40,812 bases of DNA from Thermoproteota archaeon. GTDB lineage: Archaea > Asgardarchaeota > Jordiarchaeia > Jordiarchaeales > Freyrarchaeaceae. Position 1 is the first letter of the stretch; every line of letters starts with the position of its first letter. Positions 9,276 to 18,947 of this stretch are shown piece after piece. The notes under the pieces are model-generated. The model did no database searches. It saw only the letters and a list, made by a program, of their open reading frames with translations, and was not told the origin of the DNA. The DNA is taken from the NCBI GenBank assembly GCA_029258835.1, contig JAPDJY010000002.1, positions 1 through 40,812 of the forward strand, given 5' to 3'. Both the position numbers and the translations under genes were made by a program.

Positions 9276-10481
9276 TCACGTGGAGCTGGTAAAGTTAAGC
9301 TTGCCTGCGGCTGACGGCGCGGCTTCTTCGCTCAGCATCCTTGAAGCCAGGAAGCCTAGTGCTGCGAGGGAGGCGGCGAGGAAAAAGGACAGCTTTGAGA
9401 TGCCGAGGTTTCCCGCGATAACCCCTCCGACCACCGGGCCGACACTGTATCCTCCACTCCACGCTATGTTAAACATCCCCGACGTTAACCCGTAGTCTTT
9501 AAGGGATGCCTCGTCCAGTGAGTCTAGAATTAAGGGTGTTATGGGGGCGAAAGCGACCGCTGAAACAGCCCCTGCAGCAGCCATCACCACGTATGCTTGA
9601 CCAGCTGATCCAACGTAAGGTATCATGATGGTTAACGCCGATAAAGCCAGGAAACCTGAAACAATAAACTTTTTTCGTCCATACCTGTCTGAGAGGCGGC
9701 CGACGACCGGCTGGAGAAGGGCAAACGAGAGTGTTGCAGCCCCTAGGGCTAAGCCGAGCTGGGTCATCGTCATCATCAGCCGGCCGCTGAAGAATGGCGG
9801 GAGGAGGGGTTCTAATACCCCAAAGAAGGAGGACGTCGCTGCTTCCGCAGCAAGCAGGAAGCCTACGTTACGCACCGATAAAACCCTCCTGATAGAGGAG
9901 AGTGGAGGGGTGAATGCGCGCTTCTCCCATGGGACACTCATCCTTAGAAGCATGTAAACGCCAAATCCAAAGGAGAGGGCTGCAACGAGCAGGAAGGGGA
10001 GAGGGAGGCTGAGGCCTGCCAGGGCTCCGCCAAATAGGGGGCCTGCGATCGAGCCTGCAGCCGTTGAAGCGTTGAACACGCCTATTTTCTCGCCTCGTTC
10101 ATCAAGGTACACGTCGGCTATTAAGGCGTTGAGCGACGACCAGGTTAACGCTGCAGCTAAGCCTTGAAGGGCCCTGAAGCATACTAGGGCTGGTACACTT
10201 CCAGCCAGGGGGAACGCGGCGAACGCAGCTGAAAGGAGGAGCATCCCTGAAACTATGAAGGGGCGACGCCCATACCTGTCTGAGAGAAAGCCGAATGGTA
10301 TGGCTACTAGAAGCTGGACTACGGCGTAGGCGGAGAAGATTAGCCCCAGGCTAACCTCGTCGGCTCCCAGATGGGAGGCGTAGATGGGGAGGACGGGGGC
10401 AACGACCCCGTACCCCAGCGAATCCACGAAGCCCGCCGCAGAACAGTAAAGTAGTATCAGCCTTCTGGAGGAAGGGGGCAA
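9276..10481 (-). CDS. MFS transporter (DHA1/TetA-like)
   Basis: Hydrophobic multi-TM protein; GFLSDRYGRR and GRLSDRYGRK motif A copies. Confidence 0.93.
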   Translation of the reverse strand: MPPSSRRLILLYCSAAGFVDSLGYGVVAPVLPIYASHLGADEVSLGLIFSAYAVVQLLVAIPFGFLSDRYGRRPFIVSGMLLLSAAFAAFPLAGSVPALVCFRALQGLAAALTWSSLNALIADVYLDERGEKIGVFNASTAAGSIAGPLFGGALAGLSLPLPFLLVAALSFGFGVYMLLRMSVPWEKRAFTPPLSSIRRVLSVRNVGFLLAAEAATSSFFGVLEPLLPPFFSGRLMMTMTQLGLALGAATLSFALLQPVVGRLSDRYGRKKFIVSGFLALSALTIMIPYVGSAGQAYVVMAAAGAVSAVAFAPITPLILDSLDEASLKDYGLTSGMFNIAWSGGYSVGPVVGGVIAGNLGISKLSFFLAASLAALGFLASRMLSEEAAPSAAGKLNFTSST

Positions 10482-10503
10482 CGGCCTGTCCCCTTCACGC
10501 CGG

Positions 10504-12345
10504 TTAAGCGGCGAACACAGGCCTTTGCGACAGCCTTCTTGGGTATGGTAGTGGCCTGAAGGGCTTCCCCTTTACCTCCCTGCGGATATGCTCTTTCAAC
10601 TCCTCAACGGTCATCTCCACCTCTCTCCTCTCCTCCCTCACCCTTACTGTTAGCTTGCCCCCGCCAGCCTCCTTGTCCCCTACGACTACCACGTAGGGGA
10701 CCCATTCCTCCTCTGCCTGCCTCACCTTCCTCCCAACGGTCTCGTCCCTATCGTCCACGTCGACCCTGAACTCTTTAAGGTCTTCAGCTAGCTTCTCAGC
10801 GTACTCCATGTGCCTTTCGGCAACGGGGATTATTCTGACCTGGACGGGTGAGAGCCAAACCGGGAGCATGGGTGCTTTACCCTCCCTCATCCTTTTAACC
10901 GCCGTGTCAAAGAGGGTGTAAAGGTACCTTTCAACCGTTCCTATTATCGCCGTGTGAAGTATGAAGGGGTACCTTTCCTCCCCGTCCGCGTCAACGTACT
11001 TTATTCCGAAGCGCCTGCTGTTTCCGAAGTCTATCTGGACGGTGCCTATCTCCCTTGGCCTTTCCAAGTCGTCGAGGATGTGGTACTCAACGTTTATCGA
11101 CCAGTAATAGTTCACGCCGGGAGGGTAGAAGCATATGAGGATGTTTTTCTCCCTCGACTTTGCCAGCTTCAATATTTCCTCCTTATTTCTCCTGTAGAAC
11201 TCCTTCGATGTCAAGTTTACGAGCATCTCATAGTTTCTTCCAAGCTCGTCCATCTCCTTGAATATCCGCTCATGTATCCTGTGGAACCACTCCCAAGCCT
11301 CCTTCTCGTCTCGGCATATCACGTGGAGGTCTGGCATGTGGAGCTTACGGGTTCTGAAGCAGAGGAGGAGTTCGCCGCTCTGCTCCAGCCTGTAGCTGTC
11401 GGCAACCTCGAAGACCCCAAACGGGAGGTTACGGTAGCTTATCGTCCAGTCCTTAAGCATGGAGAACTGCTGGTGGCAGGCAGCGTACCTTAAAACGTAC
11501 CTCCTGTTTTCCACTTCAACCTGGTAGAGTCTGTCGCCGAACAGCTCGGCATGCTCCCTCACGGGCTTCTTGGCGAGGTCAAACATGTTGGTCCCCCTAA
11601 CAAAGTATACTGGTATTCCGAGGTCTCTGACTATCTGGCTTGAATAATCCGAGACGAGGCTGAAGAGGAGGTCTCCTGCAGGCCCAAACCTCATGTGTCC
11701 CCTGTCAGAGAAGTCCTCCCAGTTCATCTGGAACTTTTTAACCATGGATATGAACTCCGGCTCCTTCTCCGACCCTGCACCACCCCTCCCCAACGCCTCC
11801 CTCTCAACGAGCACTGCAAACTCGTCTCTAGCCGCTTTGGCAACGTACTCTTCAGGGCTTAACTCTTCCCCGTTCGGAGTGACAACAAGGAACTCCTTTT
11901 CAGCTTTAACCCTCCTAGCCTCCTCCCTTGGTTTAACCTCCCTTGAAAGCTCTGAGAGGGGGTGCCCCTTACATGAGAGGTTGAAGGATTTATAGTAGCC
12001 GAACGGGGCCCTAACGACCGAGTAGGACTCCGAGAGCTTCTCGCTGATCCTTTTAAGAACCTTTACCGCCGTGTCAGGGTCTGAAAGGTTCGAGGAGAGG
12101 TGGGCGTAGGGGTAAACGACTATGTTTCTGGCTCCAACCTGCTCCGCAACCTTCCTTATCTCCTCTACAGCCTGACCGGCAACGTCCTCAACGTTTTTCT
12201 CGTCTCCTCTCTCGACGGCTGAGAAAACAACTAGGCACTCCTTCGACGAGCCTTTCTTAGTCTCCTCGCCAACTTCTTCCGCGATCGGTGTTGCCTTGGT
12301 AACCGCGTAGGAGAACTCGTCGGCATGGATCAAGAGCATCCTCAT
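10504..12345 (-). CDS. thrS: Threonine--tRNA ligase, archaeal type with N-terminal editing domain
   Basis: MRMLLIHAD, VYPYAHLSS, APFGYYKSF..CKGHPLSELSR, LRYAAC, SYRLEQSGEL, LPVWLSPVQVRIIP. Confidence 0.97.
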   Translation of the reverse strand: MRMLLIHADEFSYAVTKATPIAEEVGEETKKGSSKECLVVFSAVERGDEKNVEDVAGQAVEEIRKVAEQVGARNIVVYPYAHLSSNLSDPDTAVKVLKRISEKLSESYSVVRAPFGYYKSFNLSCKGHPLSELSREVKPREEARRVKAEKEFLVVTPNGEELSPEEYVAKAARDEFAVLVEREALGRGGAGSEKEPEFISMVKKFQMNWEDFSDRGHMRFGPAGDLLFSLVSDYSSQIVRDLGIPVYFVRGTNMFDLAKKPVREHAELFGDRLYQVEVENRRYVLRYAACHQQFSMLKDWTISYRNLPFGVFEVADSYRLEQSGELLLCFRTRKLHMPDLHVICRDEKEAWEWFHRIHERIFKEMDELGRNYEMLVNLTSKEFYRRNKEEILKLAKSREKNILICFYPPGVNYYWSINVEYHILDDLERPREIGTVQIDFGNSRRFGIKYVDADGEERYPFILHTAIIGTVERYLYTLFDTAVKRMREGKAPMLPVWLSPVQVRIIPVAERHMEYAEKLAEDLKEFRVDVDDRDETVGRKVRQAEEEWVPYVVVVGDKEAGGGKLTVRVREERREVEMTVEELKEHIRREVKGKPFRPLPYPRRLSQRPVFAA

Positions 12346-12516
12346 CAGCTAACGCCCCGCGAACCTTTCCTGAAGGCTCATCCTCCAAAAGCCAGTTCAC
12401 CCTTATAAATGTTAATTCTAGGTTCGAGGCTTATATGGTAATGGATGAACACGGAAAATTCGTAAGCAACGTGAATCAATAATCAGCCTTCAAAAATATG
12501 TAGTTTGGGGGTCTTA

Positions 12517-13655
12517 ATGGCTAGAAAATGGAGGATTATCGTTGAAAGGACGAACGTCGCTAAATGGTACGGGATGGATTGTGGGTTCTTAAGGGCTATG
12601 AACGAAGGTAAGATACCGGACACCGTCGCTTTCTTCTACATGGACGAGCCGGGAGTGTTCCTTCAACCGCTACCGTGACGTTCTCCTACGTAAACTATGA
12701 TGAATGCAGGAGGCATAACGCCCCCGTTAGGGGGAATGCTGCTGGTGGAGGAGTCGTCTACGCCGATCCGGGAATAGAGCCGTTCATGACCCCTATCTGG
12801 AGCCAGAGCCGTAACCCGGACATTCCCAGGCAGCCTGAGCTAATCTTCCTGAGCTTCCTGGGAAGCTTGCAGACTCTGTAAGTGAAAGGTATAAGATCCC
12901 CATGAGGTATAGGCCGCTTAATGACGTGGAAATATGGGATCCCAACTTGGCTGCTTGGAGGAAGGTTATGGGTACGGGTGCAACCACTTTAGGCGACGCA
13001 GCGGGTTCGCATGGTTCCCGACGGCCTTCAAGCCGAGCGAGTTAATGTACAAGGTTTACTGTCGCCCAAGGATAAGTTCGCCGATAAGAAGCTTAAGGAC
13101 GCGTCCCTGAGAGGGTGGAACTTTGAGGAGGCAGGCGCGTTCAGGGAGAGGGGAGGGAGGCCGAGCAGGGAGGAGCTTGTAGAAGAGTGGATGGGGGTGA
13201 GCTTAGAGGTCCTCGAGAAAGCTTTAACGTTGAGGTTGAGCCCGGGGAGCTTACCGAGGAGGAAAGGAATTACGCTGATGAAGCGTACGCTTTCTCCTCG
13301 TCGGAGGAGAACATATTTTCTAGGTCTGCTGAAAAGAGGTTTGAAGAGATACCTGAAGGAACCTCCCTAGGAAAGCACTAGGTTAAGGTTCCAGCAGGCC
13401 CCTCATCGGAGCGTATGTTTTAAGGAGAGGAGATAGAATAGGGATATAATGTTCACGGGAGCCATGCACATGAGCACGGCTGACGCGCTCGAGGAGCTCG
13501 AAAAGGAGCTTAAAGGGCGCAGGTGGATGAAAGCCTGATAAGAGCTAAGGTACGGAGTATTCACCAAAAAGAACGTCGTTATAGGTATGGGAAGTGCATC
13601 CCTCGTCGCGGACGTAGCAGTGCAAGCATGTAAGGAAAGCTACAAGTTATCCTGA
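12517..13655 (+). pseudogene. lplA: Lipoate-protein ligase A family pseudogene (several frameshifts and stops)
   Basis: MARKWRIIVE...DCGFLRAMNEGKIPDTVAFF, then in other frames VNYDECRRH..AGGGVVYAD, YRPLNDVEI..RKVMGTGA, SPKDKFADKKLKD, VEVEPGELTEEE, IRDIMFTG. Confidence 0.85.
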
Positions 13656-13807
13656 GGGCCCTAAGGGCAAAAGATTTACATTCACACCTTCTATTTTCTC
13701 TCCTTTCCCCGGTGTGCTTGCTTTTCTCTCCTTTGAAGGGGTGGTCGGTAGGGGGACAAGTTAATAAAAAGGGGAGTAGTAGTGGTTGTTTGGAGAGAGA
13801 GGTTGAG

Positions 13808-14569
13808 GTGAAACCCCTGATAAGGGTGGCTTACACCCTAAAGCAGACCAAGCTTGTTGTCGTGACGGATTCCCCCGAAGCCGTTAAAGTTGCAGTCAGG
13901 ACGGTTAAGGCCCACAGGGAGACTCTTGAAAGGTATGTTAAGCGTAACCCGTCCTTTCTCCGCTCGCTGGAGCCTGTTGAGGTAAGCGGCGACGCTCCGG
14001 AAGTTGTTAGGAGAATGGCTGAGGCAGGTTTAAAGGCAGGCGTTGGACCCATGGCTGCCGTCGCAGGAGCCCTGGCGGACTTGGCGGTCGAGAGGATGCT
14101 GGCTAAGACGAGGGTGGCAGTAGTCGAGAATGGGGGGGAGGTCTCGGCTAACTCTGAAAAGCCGGTTACGGTTGGGGTTCTAGCTGGGAAGTCCCCTCTT
14201 TCAGGGAGGATAGGATTCCTCCTTCCTAAGGAGGAAATGCCTGTAGGCATCGGGACAAGCTCTGGAACGACGGGGCACGCCCTTAGCTTCGGGCTAGCCG
14301 ACGCGGCTACGGTGGTGGCGGCGGATGCAGCCTTAGCGGATGCAGCGGCCACAGCTGTGGGAAACGTGGTTAGGGGGGACGACGCGGAGAGGGCCGTCCA
14401 GGCAGGGCTCGAAGTTGCAGAGAACATAGAGGGAGTACGGGGGGCACTAGTAATCATGGGCGACTACGCAGGATTGGTCGGGAAGCTTCCGAGGATGATC
14501 AGGGTGGAAGGGGACATCGGCAAATATGTTAAAGGCGTAGAGGAATACCTTCCGCCGAGAATCCTGTAA
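13808..14569 (+). CDS. UPF0280 / ApbE-like family protein
   Basis: FLRSLEP, GVGPMAAVAGALAD, VENGGE, GTSSGTTGHALSFGLADAATV, ADAAATAVGN; start uncertain (13790 or 13808). Confidence 0.9.
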   Translation: MKPLIRVAYTLKQTKLVVVTDSPEAVKVAVRTVKAHRETLERYVKRNPSFLRSLEPVEVSGDAPEVVRRMAEAGLKAGVGPMAAVAGALADLAVERMLAKTRVAVVENGGEVSANSEKPVTVGVLAGKSPLSGRIGFLLPKEEMPVGIGTSSGTTGHALSFGLADAATVVAADAALADAAATAVGNVVRGDDAERAVQAGLEVAENIEGVRGALVIMGDYAGLVGKLPRMIRVEGDIGKYVKGVEEYLPPRIL

Positions 14570-14591
14570 ACTTAAGGTTCGGGTTCATTTT

Positions 14592-15926
14592 TCATATCAG
14601 CCCTTTCTTCCTCATATCATCTATCTCTTTGAACTTTTTGGGGAGGTATTCGTCCACAACGTAGGTGAGACCGTACCTGCTGAAGGCTTGCTGCTCCGCC
14701 TTCTTTCCGAGCGCTAGGAACTTCTTAAGTTCCTTCTGCCAGAAGGGGGTCTGGTATCGTGGATCCCTTAGCAGCTCCTTACACCTTTTCACGTCAAGCT
14801 CCGTCAGCTTGTCTGTGGGAAGATTATACTTTTCTATGTCTGAAGCCCAGACCCCCATCCACACGGCGTCGGGCGTAGCCAACCCTGTGAGGTGGGCTGA
14901 CGAGGCGCTCCCACTTATTATAACCATTGCTATGTGCGCCCCCCAAGGGTCTCCGTCCGTGAAAATGTACACTGGCAGCCCCAGTTCGAAGTGCAACCTC
15001 CTTATGAAGCGCCTGGTTGACCTTGGAGCTTGCCCCGCCGTGTGGATCAGGATTGCGTTGAACTTCTCGTGAACCTCCTCCTCCACGAACCTCGTAAACA
15101 TCCCGCCTGACTCTATAGCTATCACCTTGTCGGCGCTCGTCCTGATGAACTTGGCGTTGACAAGGTGCGGCCCTATCATCACCCCGTCAGGGTTCTGATC
15201 CATGACAACCTGCTTGCCAGCGTACTTAGCGGGCGTGGTGTACTCGACGACCAGGTCCCCATAGACTGCACTCCTCTCCTCGGGGAAAACCTTGAAGTCT
15301 TCGCGTGGAACCTTCAGTACGGCTTCAACCTCCGTTATGCACGTGTCGGACTCCTGCTGATCCTTGAACTTCACCCCGAAGGCCTCACTGCTGTAGTAGA
15401 CGTCACGGAGAGTGCTGCTCTTCCCCATCTTCAACAGGTCCTTTACAAACCTCATAACCCATACTAGCTGGGTGAAGCTTCTTATCTGCCCGAGGCTCTT
15501 GGCTGTTCTAAGGATCTTTTTGTCCCCTAAAACGTACTGTCTCAGCTCGCTGTCGAACACTATGTTAGAGGTTCTCCTGCTCGGTATCTCTATGGATGGA
15601 AACTCCCCCCTCACTATTTCCTCGTAAAGCTTCCTGCCGACGAGGGTTAAGTTCTCCTCTATCTTAGCCCTCAGCTCCTGCTCCTTCTCGTACTCCCTCC
15701 TCTCCCGCTCTATAGCCCTCCTCCTTCTAGCCTCTGCCGCGGTGAGCCTCCAATAAGTTACGCCATCCTTAACCCTAGACTCCACGAGGCCCTCGCCCGC
15801 AAGCCCCTCCAGCGTCTTAGCTACCGTTTCAACACTTAAGCCCGCGTTTTTAGCTATGCTCTCAACCCTGCTCCAGTTCCTAGACATCACGGAAAGAACC
15901 TTGCCGCCTTCAGACAACCCACTCAA
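14592..15926 (-). CDS. top6A: DNA topoisomerase VI subunit A with N-terminal extension
   Basis: STLRDVYY (catalytic Tyr), IAIESGGMF, TAGQAPRSTRRF, FTDGDPWG (Toprim DxD), KKAEQQAF. Confidence 0.96.
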   Translation of the reverse strand: MSGLSEGGKVLSVMSRNWSRVESIAKNAGLSVETVAKTLEGLAGEGLVESRVKDGVTYWRLTAAEARRRRAIERERREYEKEQELRAKIEENLTLVGRKLYEEIVRGEFPSIEIPSRRTSNIVFDSELRQYVLGDKKILRTAKSLGQIRSFTQLVWVMRFVKDLLKMGKSSTLRDVYYSSEAFGVKFKDQQESDTCITEVEAVLKVPREDFKVFPEERSAVYGDLVVEYTTPAKYAGKQVVMDQNPDGVMIGPHLVNAKFIRTSADKVIAIESGGMFTRFVEEEVHEKFNAILIHTAGQAPRSTRRFIRRLHFELGLPVYIFTDGDPWGAHIAMVIISGSASSAHLTGLATPDAVWMGVWASDIEKYNLPTDKLTELDVKRCKELLRDPRYQTPFWQKELKKFLALGKKAEQQAFSRYGLTYVVDEYLPKKFKEIDDMRKKGLI

Positions 15927-15940
15927 CCCCCTTTCATCCC

Positions 15941-17917
15941 TTAGCGCTTACCCTTCCTCCCTTTAGCCTCCTTCCCACCCTTAGAAGATTTCTTAGAAGG
16001 TTTCCCACTCTTCCCTCGCTTCTCCTCCTTCCCAGCCTCAGCCCTCTTACCCTTAGATTTACCCTTAGCTGCCCTCTTAACGCCCTCCTTCTTTGAGGGC
16101 TTCACCACGGGCTTTCTCACCTTTAAAGTTGCCGGCACAGGATTCCCCACGGATCCAGCCTCCCCCTCGGAGGCTGCTTCCCCACCGGGAAGCATGGGTT
16201 CACCGGGGGCTGCCTCCGCCTCCATGCTGAACGCTGCTTCACCCTCCACGGCCTCCACGACTTCTCCCCCGGCGCTTCCCTCAGCCAATCCTTCAACGGC
16301 TAAGTCCATGCTCACGGCGACTCCCTCCTCCTCCAGCTCTTCGAGGGGGGTTTCCTCCTCTAACTCCTCCTCCATTTCTTCCTCCTCTACTTCTTCCTCC
16401 TCCAGCTTCCCTAACTCCTTCCGGTACTTCTTGAGTAGGATCGTGTAGTCTGGTATTTCCTCGGCGTTGGCTAGGACCGCTATGTCCCTTACGATCAGGG
16501 GAAGGAACTTCTCGTAGATGCTGAGCCTCTGCTTCTCCCTTGCAGCCCTCTCCTTCTTCTGGAGGTAATGCATTAGGGCTCTTGCACACTCCAAAATGCC
16601 GCGTCTTATCTCCGTTTCTATTTCAGGCCTGTCGGCGATGAACTCTTTACCTGCCGTCTTGAATGGTATGTTGGTGCTTACCAGGTGGACGAATATTGCT
16701 ATGGGCATTCCGGGCTTAATCTTGTACCTTGACCACTTTATCGACCTTATAACTTTGGCTGAAACGTCCTTGTACTCGTCGAAGAGCAGGGGGATCTTGT
16801 TGGCGAACCTGTAGAGGATTATGTCCTCGCTCCTTGGAACCTCTCCTCCATACGCTATTCCAACCTCCACTATGAACGGGTGTCCACCGTACGATGAGGG
16901 GGGGCGTTGAACTACTTTGACGAAGTCCGGGTTGAGCTCCTTGCGTATTCCAGCCTCTAAGAGCTCTGCTCCTAGCGGGGAGAGGCACTTAGCATCTGGG
17001 GGGAGGAAGCCTTCATAAGTCTTCATCTTCCTAACGAACCTCACTATCTCATCTGGTTTAAGCTCCTTCGGATCCTTGTCCTTGCTTATCCCCGCCTCCT
17101 TGAGGAACTTTTCAGCCGTTCTCTTCCCAACCCTGTGGAAGTGGGTTCTGAGGAATGAAACCATGTCCCTAGTCTTCGTCTCGCTTATTATCCTTCGAAC
17201 CTGCTCGACGTCCACCCCTCTAGGGTGGGGCAGAACCTCCGTCGGCGGGGGAGGCATGCTTTCAACGCTTCTCGGGAAGAAGTGTAGGACACCGTCCGGG
17301 TCGATGAACGTTATGGTTGCGTAGGGTGTTATAAGGGCTGTCTGCTTGATGTACTCCATGATGTACCTTTTAGCCCTTGACCAATCTCCTTCAATGTAGA
17401 ATTCTACTGCTAAGCCATGCCATCTCCCCTTCTTCTTCCTGCGCGTCCACTCTAAAAGCTCAGGCTTATTGTTTCTTATGTCCATCCTGAGGGTTACATC
17501 GTACACCCAGTCGTCCCCCATGGCGGCGGAGACGACGTGGAGGGGCTTGTGGGTTGTGATTTGACCGTAGAGGAAGGCCATCTTCCCTCCTAAGCCAAAC
17601 CTGCCCCGGGCCTGCCTGTGGGTGTACTTTGACCCGTAGAGTATCTGTCCAAAGCAGCTTTGAATGTTGTCGCGTGGAACCCCTATCCCATTGTCCATCA
17701 CCGTTATCCTGTAAGTGTTCTCGCCTTCCTCCTCCACTATGACGGTTACTTCGGGTAGGATTCTGCCATCCTCGCACGAGTCAAGGCTGTTCTCGACCAG
17801 CTCTCTAACGGCAGTGTATATCGCCCTGGTAGGGTTGTCGAAGCCTGCTATGTCCCTGTTCCTGTAGAAGAAGTCGGCTGGACTTATCGCTTCATACTTA
17901 ACCTCGACAACAGCCAT
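15941..17917 (-). CDS. top6B: DNA topoisomerase VI subunit B with long low-complexity C-terminal tail
   Basis: ISPADFFYRNRDIAGF, RELVENSLD, DNGIG, GSKY..RQARGRFGLG, YRFANKIPLLFD, PFKTAGKE. ATG 17917 preferred (ORF from 17977). Confidence 0.96.
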   Translation of the reverse strand: MAVVEVKYEAISPADFFYRNRDIAGFDNPTRAIYTAVRELVENSLDSCEDGRILPEVTVIVEEEGENTYRITVMDNGIGVPRDNIQSCFGQILYGSKYTHRQARGRFGLGGKMAFLYGQITTHKPLHVVSAAMGDDWVYDVTLRMDIRNNKPELLEWTRRKKKGRWHGLAVEFYIEGDWSRAKRYIMEYIKQTALITPYATITFIDPDGVLHFFPRSVESMPPPPTEVLPHPRGVDVEQVRRIISETKTRDMVSFLRTHFHRVGKRTAEKFLKEAGISKDKDPKELKPDEIVRFVRKMKTYEGFLPPDAKCLSPLGAELLEAGIRKELNPDFVKVVQRPPSSYGGHPFIVEVGIAYGGEVPRSEDIILYRFANKIPLLFDEYKDVSAKVIRSIKWSRYKIKPGMPIAIFVHLVSTNIPFKTAGKEFIADRPEIETEIRRGILECARALMHYLQKKERAAREKQRLSIYEKFLPLIVRDIAVLANAEEIPDYTILLKKYRKELGKLEEEEVEEEEMEEELEEETPLEELEEEGVAVSMDLAVEGLAEGSAGGEVVEAVEGEAAFSMEAEAAPGEPMLPGGEAASEGEAGSVGNPVPATLKVRKPVVKPSKKEGVKRAAKGKSKGKRAEAGKEEKRGKSGKPSKKSSKGGKEAKGRKGKR

Positions 17918-18503
17918 TTCAAACACCCACAGGCAGGAATCATTTTTTACTGTTCCTGCAGCGTTCATAACGTTCAAAAAGGGGCTTTAAAAAGTTCCCC
18001 TTCCATGATTTATATTACTTGGATATTATTTAAATTCACCTATTACTTGCAGAATATTCGCAAGCAAACTCTTAAAGCAACGTAAAAAATGGTTGTTATG
18101 TTGCAGGAACGTGAGGGACGGGCGCATTTAACCCGGGGAGGAGGCTTATTCCAGGTGGGTTTCAGGTTAGGAGAAATATGTGCTTTGGAACCTAGAGCAT
18201 GTTTTCTTTCGCTCTCGGGGCATCCGAGCCGTCGACCACCACGCCGTAAGGGAACCCGCACCCTTTTATGGATGTTTGCACTTGCCTGCCCTCCTTCACC
18301 CCCATGAAACTTCTATCGGCATCACTTACCCTTTCTTACAGCTGCGGGTCTGCTCCGCGTTGAGGGTAATGAACTCCTGCCAGGTTGTAGGTGTGGGTAG
18401 CCCTACAGGGGATGACGCTACGGCGTCCTCTAGAAGGGAGCCTAGCGCTTTCTCATCGTCTACAGGCCATCCTAAGGTTAAGAGGAGCGCAGCCCTTAGC
18501 GTT

Positions 18504-18704
18504 GGGGTTCACGCTTGATAGGTTTTTATGGGTAGTGTGTGTTTTGGTCTGTCAGGCGTTTCCCCGTCATCGAAGCATGCGCCTCTGATGGGGCTTTCGG
18601 GGGACCCCGGAGCCCCGCATCCGAAGACTCCACCCATAGGCCACCCCGTGGCCAGACCAGCACCCACAAACACCTACCAAACATTTAACTGTTTCGCAAG
18701 GCGT
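18504..18704 (-). mobile_element. ~200-bp non-autonomous IS200/IS605-derived element (left end with BRE/TATA plus tnpB 3'/omegaRNA-like end), copy A
   Basis: Colinear with 36802-37005 over its whole length with scattered mismatches. Minus strand begins ACGCCTTGCGAAACAGTTAAAT, contains CGGATGCGGGGCTCCGGGGTCCCCCGAAAGCCC and GATGACGGGGAAACG, and ends GTGAACCCC. Confidence 0.75.
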
Positions 18705-18891
18705 GGTGAAGTAGTATTTCTTTGGTTTTCTGGCTAAGTAGGGTAAAGGTTTCCCGTCTTTTCCGTGAATGTTTTCGACCTGATATTAGGACCTTGCTAT
18801 GATCATACGGACATAGCTTTCAACGTCAACCATTACAGACATTAAATCACCTTTATGTCAATTAAATTAACAGTAAATCACAATTTAATTT

Positions 18892-18915
18892 AATGTATAT
18901 TATGTTGTATACATT
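18892..18915. promoter_or_regulatory. Perfect dyad AATGTATA-N8-TATACATT, candidate transcription-factor operator
   Basis: Inverted repeat in AT-rich intergenic DNA next to the modE/mop cluster. Confidence 0.4.
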
Positions 18916-18947
18916 TATGTTGTAAATGTTGGCTAGCATAATGTTGG

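Noticed and set aside
13831-14457. 208-aa minus-strand ORF, and similar antisense ORFs over thrS, top6, fdh and fadD
   Set aside because: Shadows of well-supported genes on the opposite strand, with no motifs.
18043-18500. Several short overlapping ORFs or a possible structured RNA gene
   Set aside because: No tRNA, SRP or RNase P hallmarks recognised; looks like a decayed minus-strand gene whose family I cannot identify.
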